From Rickettsia endosymbiont of Argas persicus (GTDB lineage: Bacteria > Pseudomonadota > Alphaproteobacteria > Rickettsiales > Rickettsiaceae), in contig CP133316.1 in assembly GCA_050920645.1 (NCBI GenBank), positions 819,801-883,800 on the forward strand: a DNA stretch of 64,000 nt, read 5' to 3'. Shown piece after piece: positions 26,182 through 36,913 of this stretch (positions are counted from its first letter, which is position 1; every line of letters begins with the position of its first letter). The notes below the pieces were generated by a model. The model saw nothing but the letters and a program-made list of their open reading frames with translations. It was not told the DNA's origin and searched no databases. Made by a program: the position numbers and the translations under genes.

Positions 26182-27044
26182 GGCATCATCAAGTTAAGAG
26201 AGATGTAAATTTAAGTATTGAGCGATTGAAAGGAATGATTTATAGAATAGTAGTAACCATTTATCAATAAATCTTAACGCTATGCATATTACTCAAACCC
26301 CGAAGAGACATCGTTTTCCAGCAAGCATCATTAGCCATACAGTATGGTTATATCATCGCTTTAATAATAGTTACCGAGATGTTCAAGAACAGATGGCGTA
26401 TCGAGGTATTATTTTAAGTCATGAGACTGTAAGATTTTGGTGCAATAAATTTGCGATTTATTTTCAAGCTGTCATCAGAAAGAGAGAGAGGAAAGCAACT
26501 GACAAATGGCATTTAGATGAGATGAACATCAAGATCAAAGGCGAAGTATTCATATTATGGAGAGCTGTTGACTCCAAGGGGCATGAATTAGAAATATTAT
26601 TGCAGAAGCGTCGTAACAAGAAATCAGCTATTCGCTTTTTATCAAGATTATTGGGTAATTATCCAACTCCAAGAGTAATTGTTACTGATAAGCTCAGGAG
26701 TTACATTAAACCGATTAAGCTTATGTGTCCTAACACTGAACATCGTACTAGTAAGAGACTAAATAACTGTGTTGAAAATGCTCATCAGCCAACTCGACGA
26801 AAGGAAAAAATATTGATTAAATTTAAGCATCCTAATTCAGCACAATGTATATTATCACTGATGGGCAAAGTCAGAAATATATTTGCCGTCAATGTTGGAC
26901 GATATACTAAAACCGCACCAGAGCAAAGAATTGCATTTGCATCCGCTAAATCTATTTGGGACGAAGCTACTCAAAGACTTCTTGCTGCCTGAAATATAAA
27001 AACATAGTACTTTTTGAAACCAATTTACTTAACTTGACGGTGCC
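26182..27044 (+). mobile_element. IS6-family element (863 bp), intact 236-aa transposase 26282-26992
   Basis: TIRs; WHLDE, LWRAVD, VTDKL, NNCVENAH. Confidence 0.96.
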
Positions 27045-27072
27045 TTATTGTTGCATGGTTCGATTTTAGTCC

Positions 27073-28719
27073 TCACCCATGAGTTCGCCCTTTAGATTCA
27101 TTATATTTATTTTGAATTTTTGGAGCAATACTTTTATTTTTAGTTATAAATGCTTGTAAATCTTCTTTACTAAACTTAAATTTAACAATGTTTTCATTAT
27201 AGGTTTTAGTTTTATCAAATCTTACATCCTTACTTTTATCAATAGCAAGTACATCTATAAAGCTCTCTTTTATTTTATTTGGAGTATCGGGTTTATTAAG
27301 AACATGTATTAAAGCATTAAGAGAGTTTGTATTATCTTTTAATGTACCGTTACGACTAATTGCCGCAACTACTAAATATTCTTTAAGACTCTTTTGCAAA
27401 TTTTCTTCCTTTAACGCGTTAGGTTTGCAAAACGATAATAGCATTTTTGCTTTATCATCGTGATTTTCGATGATCCCTTGTTGCCATTTGGAATTAGCGT
27501 TTTCCTTTGAGGGCATAAGCATTTCGAGTAATTTAATTCCAAAAGTTTTATACAAGTTTTTACTGTCATAAACTTCGTAAACATTTAACAGGAAATTCTG
27601 ATGTTCAAATGCTTTATCCGTCTTTCCACTAAGCTCGTGATTATCTAAATATTCTCTAGTTTGGCAATACCCTTTAATATGTAGGTAATCGGAATATTTT
27701 TGAGCATCTTTAAAATCAAGAGTATCAATTCCGGCAGTATCTAAAACAACGGTATTTAAGGCATTTTCACGTAATTGTTCACTAGTTTCTTTCAGGGTCT
27801 CAGTATATTTAAACTTTCCTCCTACTTTTGCAAGAGCTTTAAATAATACGTCCATTAAAAACTTTATAATTTCACTTGGGTTTTCAATTTTTTTCCCGCT
27901 ATATATAGCTATATTAGCTTCTGCTTCCATACCGCCACCAAAAGCCATTGCAAGCGTTCTACCTTGCTTTTTAGCTAAATTAATCTCCTCCATATCGTCA
28001 GTAACATCTTTTACCTCAAATTCCGGCTCATTATCTTTAAAATATTTCGTCGGTATATTATCTAGATAACCACCGTCTACATATTTTTCACCGTCGATTT
28101 CTACCGGCTCAAAAACAAGTGGAATAGAGGCAGATGCACGGCACGCTAAAGCAGTTTCAACATTAGGCGTATCAAAGCTATTAAAAATAGTTAGCTTTCC
28201 CGTATCCTGTTGAACCGCCGTTACCACTAAATCTTTATAGTTAATAGGGTCATATTTTCGAAGTAAAGATAGATCTTTAAAATATATTTTACCGTTATTT
28301 TTATATCTTTCTTTTAATTCGTCCAAAATTTCATCATCTTTAATATTTATAATATCAGGTCTTTGTAAAAAATTCCCTATATTTTCTTTAATAGTTTTAT
28401 CTAGTAAATCATATAAAGGTTTGCCGTCTTTATTTAATTGTATTACACCGGCAGAAAACCCTTTTTCCCCCAATAATGATTGTAAATTAGTGTTTTTAGA
28501 AATCTCCTCAAATCGTTCAGGGGTTGTACCGAAAGCCACGATTGCCGCAGTTATAGCACCGGCGGAAGAACCTGCAACAGCTTTTACGCCATCTATAATA
28601 CCGGCTTTTTTTACTGCCTCATAAGCTCCTGAGTATATTGCTCCTTTAGAACCCCCACCGCTAAAGGCTATATATTCAATAGGAGTTTTTTGTGCTTTTT
28701 TTAGATCTTCTATACTCAT
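27073..28719 (-). CDS. pat2: Patatin-like phospholipase A2 (Pat2 by synteny with sodB-folC)
   Basis: GGGSKG, GSSAG, ASASIP, DGG catalytic motifs. Confidence 0.85.
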   Translation of the reverse strand: MSIEDLKKAQKTPIEYIAFSGGGSKGAIYSGAYEAVKKAGIIDGVKAVAGSSAGAITAAIVAFGTTPERFEEISKNTNLQSLLGEKGFSAGVIQLNKDGKPLYDLLDKTIKENIGNFLQRPDIINIKDDEILDELKERYKNNGKIYFKDLSLLRKYDPINYKDLVVTAVQQDTGKLTIFNSFDTPNVETALACRASASIPLVFEPVEIDGEKYVDGGYLDNIPTKYFKDNEPEFEVKDVTDDMEEINLAKKQGRTLAMAFGGGMEAEANIAIYSGKKIENPSEIIKFLMDVLFKALAKVGGKFKYTETLKETSEQLRENALNTVVLDTAGIDTLDFKDAQKYSDYLHIKGYCQTREYLDNHELSGKTDKAFEHQNFLLNVYEVYDSKNLYKTFGIKLLEMLMPSKENANSKWQQGIIENHDDKAKMLLSFCKPNALKEENLQKSLKEYLVVAAISRNGTLKDNTNSLNALIHVLNKPDTPNKIKESFIDVLAIDKSKDVRFDKTKTYNENIVKFKFSKEDLQAFITKNKSIAPKIQNKYNESKGRTHG

Positions 28720-28723
28720 AAAT

Positions 28724-29353
28724 TTATTTTATTAAATTATGTTCTACAAATTCCCAGTTAATCATATACTTAATAAAGATATCAACATAATCAGGGCGTT
28801 TATTACGGTAATCAATATAATATGCATGCTCCCAAACATCACACGTAAGAAGCGGCTGCATACCGTTTGCTATAGGCGTGCCGGCATTCGCGGTTTTTAC
28901 AATCTGTAACTTATTATTATGATATACAAGCCATGCCCAACCGCTACCAAACTGTCCTACCGCATCCGCCTTAAACTGCTCGCAAAATGCTTCAAAGCTG
29001 CTGAAATCTTTATTAATCTGCTCTAATATTTTACCACTTGGCTTTCCTCCACCGTTTGGCTTTATCGAATGCCAAAAAAAGGTGTGATTCCATATTTGCG
29101 CAGCATTATTAAAGATAGGTGCATTTGAATTCTGAGATGACCATTCTATAATCTCTTCTAAACTCTTCTTTTGCAACTCTTCTTGGTCTTTTAGCAGATT
29201 ATTTAGATTTTGTACATAAGTATTATGATGTTTACCGTGATGATAATCAAAAGTTTCGCCTGTGAAATGAGGCTTAAAGCTTTCTTTATCATAAGGTAGT
29301 TTAGGTAACTCAAAAGGATAAGATTTTTGATTAGATTTTTCACAATATGTCAT
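28724..29353 (-). CDS. sodB: Fe superoxide dismutase
   Basis: [28 protein letters not shown]. Confidence 0.97.
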   Translation of the reverse strand: MTYCEKSNQKSYPFELPKLPYDKESFKPHFTGETFDYHHGKHHNTYVQNLNNLLKDQEELQKKSLEEIIEWSSQNSNAPIFNNAAQIWNHTFFWHSIKPNGGGKPSGKILEQINKDFSSFEAFCEQFKADAVGQFGSGWAWLVYHNNKLQIVKTANAGTPIANGMQPLLTCDVWEHAYYIDYRNKRPDYVDIFIKYMINWEFVEHNLIK

Positions 29354-29489
29354 GTTATTTTTCTCCTGTGTTGTAATTGGGGGGTATCATCTTATGGCTT
29401 TTTAATGTCATTCCCGCGAAGGCGGGAATCCATCATAAAGCGAGATAACCTACGCTTTAAATTTTAAAAATTTGTTGTGTTTATATATT

Positions 29490-30812
29490 TTAATTAATAG
29501 ATTCCCGCCTTCGCGGGAATGACATTACTGAGTGTAACAGCTTATAAAAATCGGCAGCTAAATAAAGCGATCCGGTTATTATAATATTTGCTTTATTATC
29601 TCCATTTATATTTTTTATATCCGTAATTGCTTCTTCTAAGCTTTCACTTCCGGTAAAATCAATACCGGTTTTACTTGCTTCTAAGGCTATCGTTTCTGCA
29701 TTATAGCTTAATACTTCAGACAAAACTCTAACACCGTAACCTTTACTTGTCAAACCTTTGAAATACGAACAAAATTCTTCTATATTTCTACCCATAGTCA
29801 TACCTAATATTAAGTATATTGGTGACTTTAAATTATCGCGGAACCACGTCGTTAAAACTTGTGCACTGCTATTATTATGAGCTCCGTCTATCCAAATCTG
29901 TACGTTATCACCTATTAATCTTGAATATTTTTGCGGATCTATTTTTTCGATTCTAGCAGACCAAACAGTATTTTGTAAACCCTTAGAAATAGCATCATTA
30001 TTAATATTAAACTGTTTATTAATAAGGCTTATCAAGGCAATAACGCTTGCAGAATTTATTAATTGATGATCTCCTAGTAAAGATGGAGCCGGAAATTCAT
30101 AGGTAAAATTTCGGGATGAGTAAATAAAGCCATTTTCCGTTTTTTGTATGCCAAAATCATACTCATAACAAAAGGTAGGTACTACTAACTTTTCGGCTTT
30201 TGCAAATAATGTTTCATAAACCTCATGAACTTGGCTGCTGATAACGCAAGGAGTACCTTGCTTCATAATACCGGCTTTCTCAAGCGCTATTAGTGGCAGC
30301 GTATTACCTAGCATATGCATATGGTCATATGAAATTGGCGTAATTAAGGTAATTAACGGCTGCTCTATGACATTGGTTGCATCTAATCTACCGCCAAGCC
30401 CAGTCTCTAAAATTAGTATATCGGCTTTATTACTCGCAAATGCTAAAAAAGCTGCTGCCGTAGTTCCTTCAAAAAAACTAGGTTCGATATTATACTTCTC
30501 ACACGCTACCCTCACCTGCTCACAGACTTGCCATAATTCATTATCCGAGATTTTCTCACCTGCTACTATAATTCGCTCGTTGAACTCTAACAAATGAGGA
30601 GAAGTGTAGCAATGCACTTTATAACCGGCTACCGTAAAAATGCTTTTTAGCGTAGCGGCACTTGAGCCTTTACCGTTTGTACCGGCTATATGTATCACAG
30701 GCGGCAGCTTTAAGTGAGGATCACCCAAAGCCTTTAAAAGCCTTTTAATTTTCTCTAAATCATGCTTGATTTGATTTTTCCAGTTCGGTAACGGAAAATG
30801 CGGCATTTGCAT
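29490..30812 (-). CDS. folC: Folylpolyglutamate synthase (true start likely MQMPH at 30812; C-terminus runs into RPE 29406-29525)
   Basis: HIAGTNGKGS, TSPHL, GLGGRLDATN, DGAHN, TGSLY. Confidence 0.93.
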   Translation of the reverse strand: MQMPHFPLPNWKNQIKHDLEKIKRLLKALGDPHLKLPPVIHIAGTNGKGSSAATLKSIFTVAGYKVHCYTSPHLLEFNERIIVAGEKISDNELWQVCEQVRVACEKYNIEPSFFEGTTAAAFLAFASNKADILILETGLGGRLDATNVIEQPLITLITPISYDHMHMLGNTLPLIALEKAGIMKQGTPCVISSQVHEVYETLFAKAEKLVVPTFCYEYDFGIQKTENGFIYSSRNFTYEFPAPSLLGDHQLINSASVIALISLINKQFNINNDAISKGLQNTVWSARIEKIDPQKYSRLIGDNVQIWIDGAHNNSSAQVLTTWFRDNLKSPIYLILGMTMGRNIEEFCSYFKGLTSKGYGVRVLSEVLSYNAETIALEASKTGIDFTGSESLEEAITDIKNINGDNKANIIITGSLYLAADFYKLLHSVMSFPRRRESIN

Positions 30813-30861
30813 TTTTTTGATTTTTTTGTGAATAATATTATAATTATATAAGCATTTAGAG

Positions 30862-30914
30862 GGCATCGTCAAGTTAAGAGAGATGTAAATTTAAGTATTG
30901 AGCGATTGAAGGAA
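30862..30914 (+). mobile_element. IS6 left-end remnant (53 bp) cut off by IS256
   Basis: GGCATCGTCAAGTTAAGAGAGATGTAAATT... matches start of other IS6 copies. Confidence 0.9.
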
Positions 30915-32271
30915 GAGGGTGTCAGAAAGTTTGTGTAAGTTGTAAAAATAGTTAAGAATAAAATTAATTAAAACAACTTAACATGAGGCTAATATGAAAA
31001 ATAAGAACAAAGTATCAAATCCGACTATAGAAAAAGTAGTATCAGACATACTATCACAAAGTGACCCATCTGAAATATTTGGCAAAGGAGGGATCTTTGA
31101 AGAATTAAAAAAACAGCTGGTGAATAAGATCTTAGAGAAAGAAATGGAGTCTCATATAGGATATGAGAAGCATTCTAAAACTGAGAAAGAGTCAGATAAT
31201 AGGCGCAATGGTAATTATGAAAAAACCATTTTAGATGAAGAAGGTCGTAAATTAAGAGTAGAAGTACCAAGAGATCGTGACGGAGAATATGAACCTATAC
31301 TTATTCCTAAGGGAGTTCGTAAATTTGAAGGATTTGATGATAAGCTAATATCATTATATGCACGAGGTATGACTACTAGAGAAATTCAAGGGCCATTTAG
31401 AAGAATTGTACTCTACCAAGGTGTCTGCTGAGTTAATATCAAAGGTAACTGATGGTGTATTAGAGGATGCTAATGCTTGGCAAAATAGGTCACTTGATAG
31501 TATCTATCCTATGATGTATTTAGATTGCATTTATGTGAAAGCAAGAGATAATCATGTAATAATTAACAAGGCAGTTTATTTGTCTGTAGGTGTGAATTTA
31601 GAAGGTAAAAAAGAGCTTTTAGGCATTTGGATAGGCAAAAATGAAGGCGCTAAATTCTGGTTGCAGATAGTAACAGAATTAAAGAATCGTGGAGTTGAAC
31701 AAATATATGTTGCATGTGTTGATGGTTTAAAAGGCTTTCCTGAAGCTATAAACAGTGTGTTCCCCAAAACGATAGTACAGCTCTGTATAGTCCATATGAT
31801 TAGGAATTCTGTAAAGTACGTATCGTATAAAGATTTAAAATCAGTTATAGCAGATTTAAAGAAAATTTATTCTGCAATAAATGAAGCAGAAGCTTTAAGA
31901 GAATTACAGAGTTTTAGCAAAAAATGGGATAATAAATATCCAGTTATTTTTGATATATGGCAGCGAAATTGGCCTGGTATAGCTCCTTTTTAGCTTCCCG
32001 GATGAAATCAGAAAAGCAATTTATACGACTAATGCTATTGAATCAATTAATCGTCAAATCAGAAAAATTATCAAGAATAAAGGGGTGTTTCCAGATGATA
32101 AATCAATTCAAAAAATAATATTTTTAGCATTGACAAATGCTTCTAAGAAATGGACAATGCCAATCAAGAATTGGGCAATGGCTTTAAATCAATTTGCTAT
32201 ACTTTGTGATACTAATTTACAAAATTGGGCAAATGGAGAAATTCTACTTACACAAAGAATCTGACAGACTC
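30915..32271 (+). mobile_element. IS256-family element (1357 bp), transposase broken by two frameshifts (~31390, ~31990)
   Basis: Near-identical to 1396-2752. Confidence 0.95.
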
Positions 32272-33105
32272 ATTTCTTCTTTTTTCAGCTTAGTATACTT
32301 AATTATTTTTTCTAAAGGTTCATTATCAATTAACATTTCTTTTGCCATTTCTATACTTCTTTCTTCTCTACCTCTTTCCTCAGCTCTTTTAACAGCACTA
32401 GCTTCAATTCTAAGCCAATTCAAATGATTCTCATATTCTTCTCTTTCTTCATCGCTTAAATTTATTACTTCAAGTACGTTTAATGCTTTCTTCAGCTCTT
32501 TACTGTTTAATTCTTTCGGTAGATTATCTTTATTTAGCAAATCATTACGTGTTAGAAAAGCAACCCATATATCTAATGAACTCTTAACTTTCTTTACTAT
32601 ATCGGTTAATTCCGCTTTAACATTATCAGCAAATTTATTAAGCTCTATTGTATGCAGCTCTATGTCTTTAAAATATTTAATACCGCTTTCATCTTCTTTT
32701 AATCGAAATACATTATGATATTTATCAATATTGATACCGTTAAAGTTAAGGATATGAATCCCTATCGTTTTGTTTAATTCTGAATATTTAGAACCCTCTT
32801 TTAGCTGCCCTGCATATAATTTTGCCAAACTAATACAAAGCTCTTTTATCGTAATCCGCTTCATCTGTTACTTGTATTTCGATATTAAATATTTTACCTG
32901 TTTCACTTTTAGCTTTAATATCTAAAACAGAAAGCTTGTCCTTTAAAAAATTCTTCGGATTATACGGATTAAGAAGCGTTACTTCTTTTACCTGATCCTC
33001 CTTACTTACTATTGAGTTAATAAGAGATATCAATAAATCCTTATTTTCTTCTACTCCAAAGATTTTTTTAAATGCTAAATCTACTCTTGGATTAACTTTA
33101 TACAT
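32272..33105 (-). pseudogene. Rpn / PD-(D/E)XK nuclease family transposase-like gene, frameshifted near 32830, end clipped by IS256
   Basis: DLAFKKIFG, LDIKA, NIEIQV, RALY, TIEL.KF, EERGREER..EMAKEML. Confidence 0.88.
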
Positions 33106-33174
33106 ATCTCTTTTACTTTATTTATTGTTTGATTATACCATATTTTAAGGTAAATGTTCTACTGTAAATTTATG

Positions 33175-34017
33175 TTAAGTTTTTTGTTTATTTACTAATC
33201 TATATATTTCTTTTTTACTATATGAATTTTTAAATTTTTCATAAGCAAGATCAGTAGTGCTTTTAGCACTCAAATTTTTGCTTAAACACGATTCTACAAA
33301 TTTTGTTAAATCAAATTCTAGTTTTTCTTCTGTTTCTTGCAGATTACCTGAAATTAGTAATACTATCTCACCTTTTAAAGTATTATTTTGATAAAATGCT
33401 ATTATTTCATCAATATTTGCAGTTTTTATTTCTTGATATAATTTAGTAAGTTCACGTGCTACACATATTTCACGATTTCCGAGTATTTCCTTAACTATTA
33501 ATAAAGTATTTATTAATCGTGGTGCAGTCTCAAAGAAAATTAGTGTAGCACGAATATTTGCAAATTCGGTAAAGAGCTTTTTTTTGCTTTCTGTAGTTTT
33601 AGGCAAAAAACCGCAAAACAAAAACCGATCAGTTGGAAGGGCTGATAAAGTTAGTGCCGTAATAGGAGCTGATACACCGGGTGCTACATCAATGTGGCAA
33701 CCTAGCATTCTCAAATCTCGCACTAATTTATATCCCGGGTCAGAAATTAAAGGTGTTCCCGCATCAGAAATTAAACTTACTACCTTATTTGCTTTTATTA
33801 AATTTATGAGATTTTCTCTATCTTTCCCATCACTATGATCATTATAAATTTGTAATTTAGTGCGGATATCATGTTTTGCTAGCAATTTTTGTGATATTCT
33901 AGTATCCTCACATAAGATAATATCCGAGTTTTTTAAAGTCGATATAGCACGAAGTGTTATATCTTCAAAATTGCCGATTGGAGTTGAAACAATATATAAC
34001 CCAGGTTTTAAAGGCAT
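33175..34017 (-). CDS. rsmI: 16S rRNA C1402 2'-O-methyltransferase
   Basis: STPIGNFEDITLRA, CEDTR, SDAGTPLISDPG, ARELTK. Confidence 0.96.
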   Translation of the reverse strand: MPLKPGLYIVSTPIGNFEDITLRAISTLKNSDIILCEDTRISQKLLAKHDIRTKLQIYNDHSDGKDRENLINLIKANKVVSLISDAGTPLISDPGYKLVRDLRMLGCHIDVAPGVSAPITALTLSALPTDRFLFCGFLPKTTESKKKLFTEFANIRATLIFFETAPRLINTLLIVKEILGNREICVARELTKLYQEIKTANIDEIIAFYQNNTLKGEIVLLISGNLQETEEKLEFDLTKFVESCLSKNLSAKSTTDLAYEKFKNSYSKKEIYRLVNKQKT

Positions 34018-34043
34018 AGTTTTTTAATTTTGCAGTAATATTT

Positions 34044-35165
34044 ATGGCTAGTATAACACGAAATTTTTTAAAAATCATTTTAATGTTTTTTTGTTCTCTA
34101 TATCTATCTTCCTGTCAAACACCTAAAGAAGAGTTAGTCGTATCGAAAAAAGAGCAAAAAGAAATTGAGATTGCAATCTTAATGCCGAATAATGGTTCTG
34201 ATAGCGTTGTCGGTAAGCAGTATAAAGATTTAATTAAAATGGGTCTTAACGATGGGGTAAAATCTTATATCCATGTTACTTCATATGACGGTTCCGATGA
34301 GAAGAATATTCTTGCTGCTATGGATAAAATAATAGCACGTAAAACTAAAATTATTTTAGGCCCTCTATATTCTAACTTTACTTCTCTAATAGCCGAAAAA
34401 GCAAAGGATAACAACATTGTTATAATTACTATGTCGAATAACCCTGCTCTTGCAGATGAAAAATTATTTGTATTCGGTCATGCTCCTTTAAAGCAGTTAT
34501 TGCGTATAGTTAATTATTATAGTAGTGATCATAAAGATTTTATGGCATTGCTGCCAATGGGTAAACATTCTCAGACCGTTGTTAATCAGGTCATGCAAAA
34601 TATATTGATTCAAAAAAATGCTACGTTACTACGTACTGAATTTTATGACGATAGTCCTGAATCTATTGCAAAAGCCGTAAAAAATATTTCGGATAACACC
34701 GATATCGTAAATGAACGTAGTGATACAACAAAGCCGGTTATTTATTTATCGGATGATTCAAAGAATCTAAATTTACTTGCATATAGTATCCGTAAATATA
34801 ATTTAGATAAAAAGGCTATTTTAATAGGTGATAACCGCGTTGATATAGACTATCCGGAAAATATTGACATTAGTTTCACCGGTTCTTTAAATCTTCTTAA
34901 CAGTAAAGTTCCTGAGAGAGCAAAGGCTCTTGGTATCAACCATATGAGCTTTATGCATTTGCTAGCATATGATCTAGGTCGTATGACCTCAAGCTTTATA
35001 GGGAATGAGTTTGATTTAAATAGATTTTTGAACAGAATGAATAGCAGACAGCCATATATAGGTTTATCCGGTAACATTCATTTTGTTGATGGGATAGCCC
35101 AAAGACAATATGATATTATTAGGAAAGAAAACGGGGATTATTCTACTGTCTCAGGTGAAAAGTAG
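34044..35165 (+). CDS. LppC/penicillin-binding-protein-activator-like lipoprotein
   Basis: Lipobox LSSC, IILGPLYS, LAYD, GLSGNIHF; divergent from rsmI as usual. Confidence 0.75.
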   Translation: MASITRNFLKIILMFFCSLYLSSCQTPKEELVVSKKEQKEIEIAILMPNNGSDSVVGKQYKDLIKMGLNDGVKSYIHVTSYDGSDEKNILAAMDKIIARKTKIILGPLYSNFTSLIAEKAKDNNIVIITMSNNPALADEKLFVFGHAPLKQLLRIVNYYSSDHKDFMALLPMGKHSQTVVNQVMQNILIQKNATLLRTEFYDDSPESIAKAVKNISDNTDIVNERSDTTKPVIYLSDDSKNLNLLAYSIRKYNLDKKAILIGDNRVDIDYPENIDISFTGSLNLLNSKVPERAKALGINHMSFMHLLAYDLGRMTSSFIGNEFDLNRFLNRMNSRQPYIGLSGNIHFVDGIAQRQYDIIRKENGDYSTVSGEK

Positions 35166-35284
35166 ATAAAAACTCTATTGCGTTATTTAAACTAAAAATT
35201 TATTTGACAAGTTGATTTTTAAGTTATACCTTAAGTTGAAAAATTTAAGGAAAAATATTATGATACAAGATCAACAATCAAATA

Positions 35285-36147
35285 GGCACCGTCAAGTTAA
35301 GTAAATTGGTTTCAAAAAGTACTATGTTTTTATATTTCAGGCAGCAAGAAGTCTTTGAGTAGCTTCATCCCAAATAGATTTAGCGGATGCAAATGCAATT
35401 CTTTGCTCTGGTGCGGTTTTAGTATATCGTCCAACATTGATGGCAAATATATTTCTGACTTTGCCCATCAGTGATAATATACATTGTGCTGAATTAGGAT
35501 GCTTAAATTTAATCAATATTTTTTCCTTTCGTCGAGTTGGCTGATGAGCATTTTCAACACAGTTATTTAGTCTCTTACTAGTACGATGTTCAGTGTTAGG
35601 ACACATAAGCTTAATCGGTTTAATGTAACTCCTGAGCTTATCAGTAACAATTACTCTTGGAGTTGGATAATTACCCAATAATCTTGATAAAAAGCGAATA
35701 GCTGATTTCTTGTTACGACGCTTCTGCAATAATATTTCTAATTCATGCCCCTTGGAGTCAACAGCTCTCCATAATATGAATACTTCGCCTTTGATCTTGA
35801 TGTTCATCTCATCTAAATGCCATTTGTCAGTTGCTTTCCTCTCTCTCTTTCTGATGACAGCTTGAAAATAAATCGCAAATTTATTGCACCAAAATCTTAC
35901 AGTCTCATGACTTAAAATAATACCTCGATACGCCATCTGTTCTTGAACATCTCGGTAACTATTATTAAAGCGATGATATAACCATACTGTATGGCTAATG
36001 ATGCTTGCTGGAAAATGATGTCTCTTCGGGGTTTGAGTAATATGCATAGCGTTAAGATTTATTGATAAATGGTTACTGCTATTCTATAAATCATTCCTTT
36101 CAATCGCTCAATACTTAAATTTACATCTCTCTTAACTTGACGATGCC
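35285..36147 (-). mobile_element. IS6-family element, intact transposase 35337-36047
   Basis: TIRs and full 236-aa ORF. Confidence 0.96.
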
Positions 36148-36722
36148 AGTATAATTATTTCGTCGATTATCCCAAATTTCTTTGCTTCTTCAGGCGACAT
36201 AAAATTATCACGTTCCATGCTTTTTTCAATATGCTTTATGTCTTGTCCGGTATGTTTGCTATATATACTATTGATGATTTTTTTTATCTTTAATGTTTCC
36301 TGAGCATGGATTTCTATATCCGTTGCCTGTCCTTGATAACCTCCTGACGGTTGGTGTATCATAACACGGCTATGAGGCAAGCTACGTCTCATTCCTTTCT
36401 CACCACCGCAAAGTAGAAGTGAGCCCATAGAACAAGCCTGACCTATACAAAGCGTTGCTACCTTAGGTTTTATATATTGCATTGTGTCGTAAATCGCAAG
36501 ACCGGCGGTTACAACTCCTCCGGGAGAGTTTATGTACATATTTATATCTTTCTCCGGCTTTTCAGCTTCAAGAAATAATAGCTGAGCAACAATTAAATTT
36601 GCCATATGATCTTCAATTTGACCGCATACAAAAATTATGCGTTCTTTTAATAATCTTGAATATATATCAAAAGCACGCTCGCCTCGAGAAGTTTGTTCGA
36701 TTACTATCGGTACGTAGGACAT
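36132..36722 (-). CDS. clpP: ClpP protease proteolytic subunit (last codons supplied by IS6 end)
   Basis: [28 protein letters not shown]. Confidence 0.96.
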   Translation of the reverse strand: MSYVPIVIEQTSRGERAFDIYSRLLKERIIFVCGQIEDHMANLIVAQLLFLEAEKPEKDINMYINSPGGVVTAGLAIYDTMQYIKPKVATLCIGQACSMGSLLLCGGEKGMRRSLPHSRVMIHQPSGGYQGQATDIEIHAQETLKIKKIINSIYSKHTGQDIKHIEKSMERDNFMSPEEAKKFGIIDEIIILASSS

Positions 36723-36913
36723 TAAATAGTTTCCTTGAAATTTTTTGTTAAATGATCTAAGTGTTGCTTCGTGATTTATCCGTCATTGCGAGGAAATGCA
36801 ACGCATCGACGCGGCAATCTCATGACGTATAGCTCAATTTTACCTTTATCTTCCGTGGACAAAACTGATCCATACAACAACGCTTGCAGTCACTCGCAAT
36901 AACTGGAAAAACC

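Noticed and set aside
30813-30872. N-terminal extension of folC (MTMPSK...)
   Set aside because: The upstream ATG lies in the IS6 terminal repeat; native start is probably 30812
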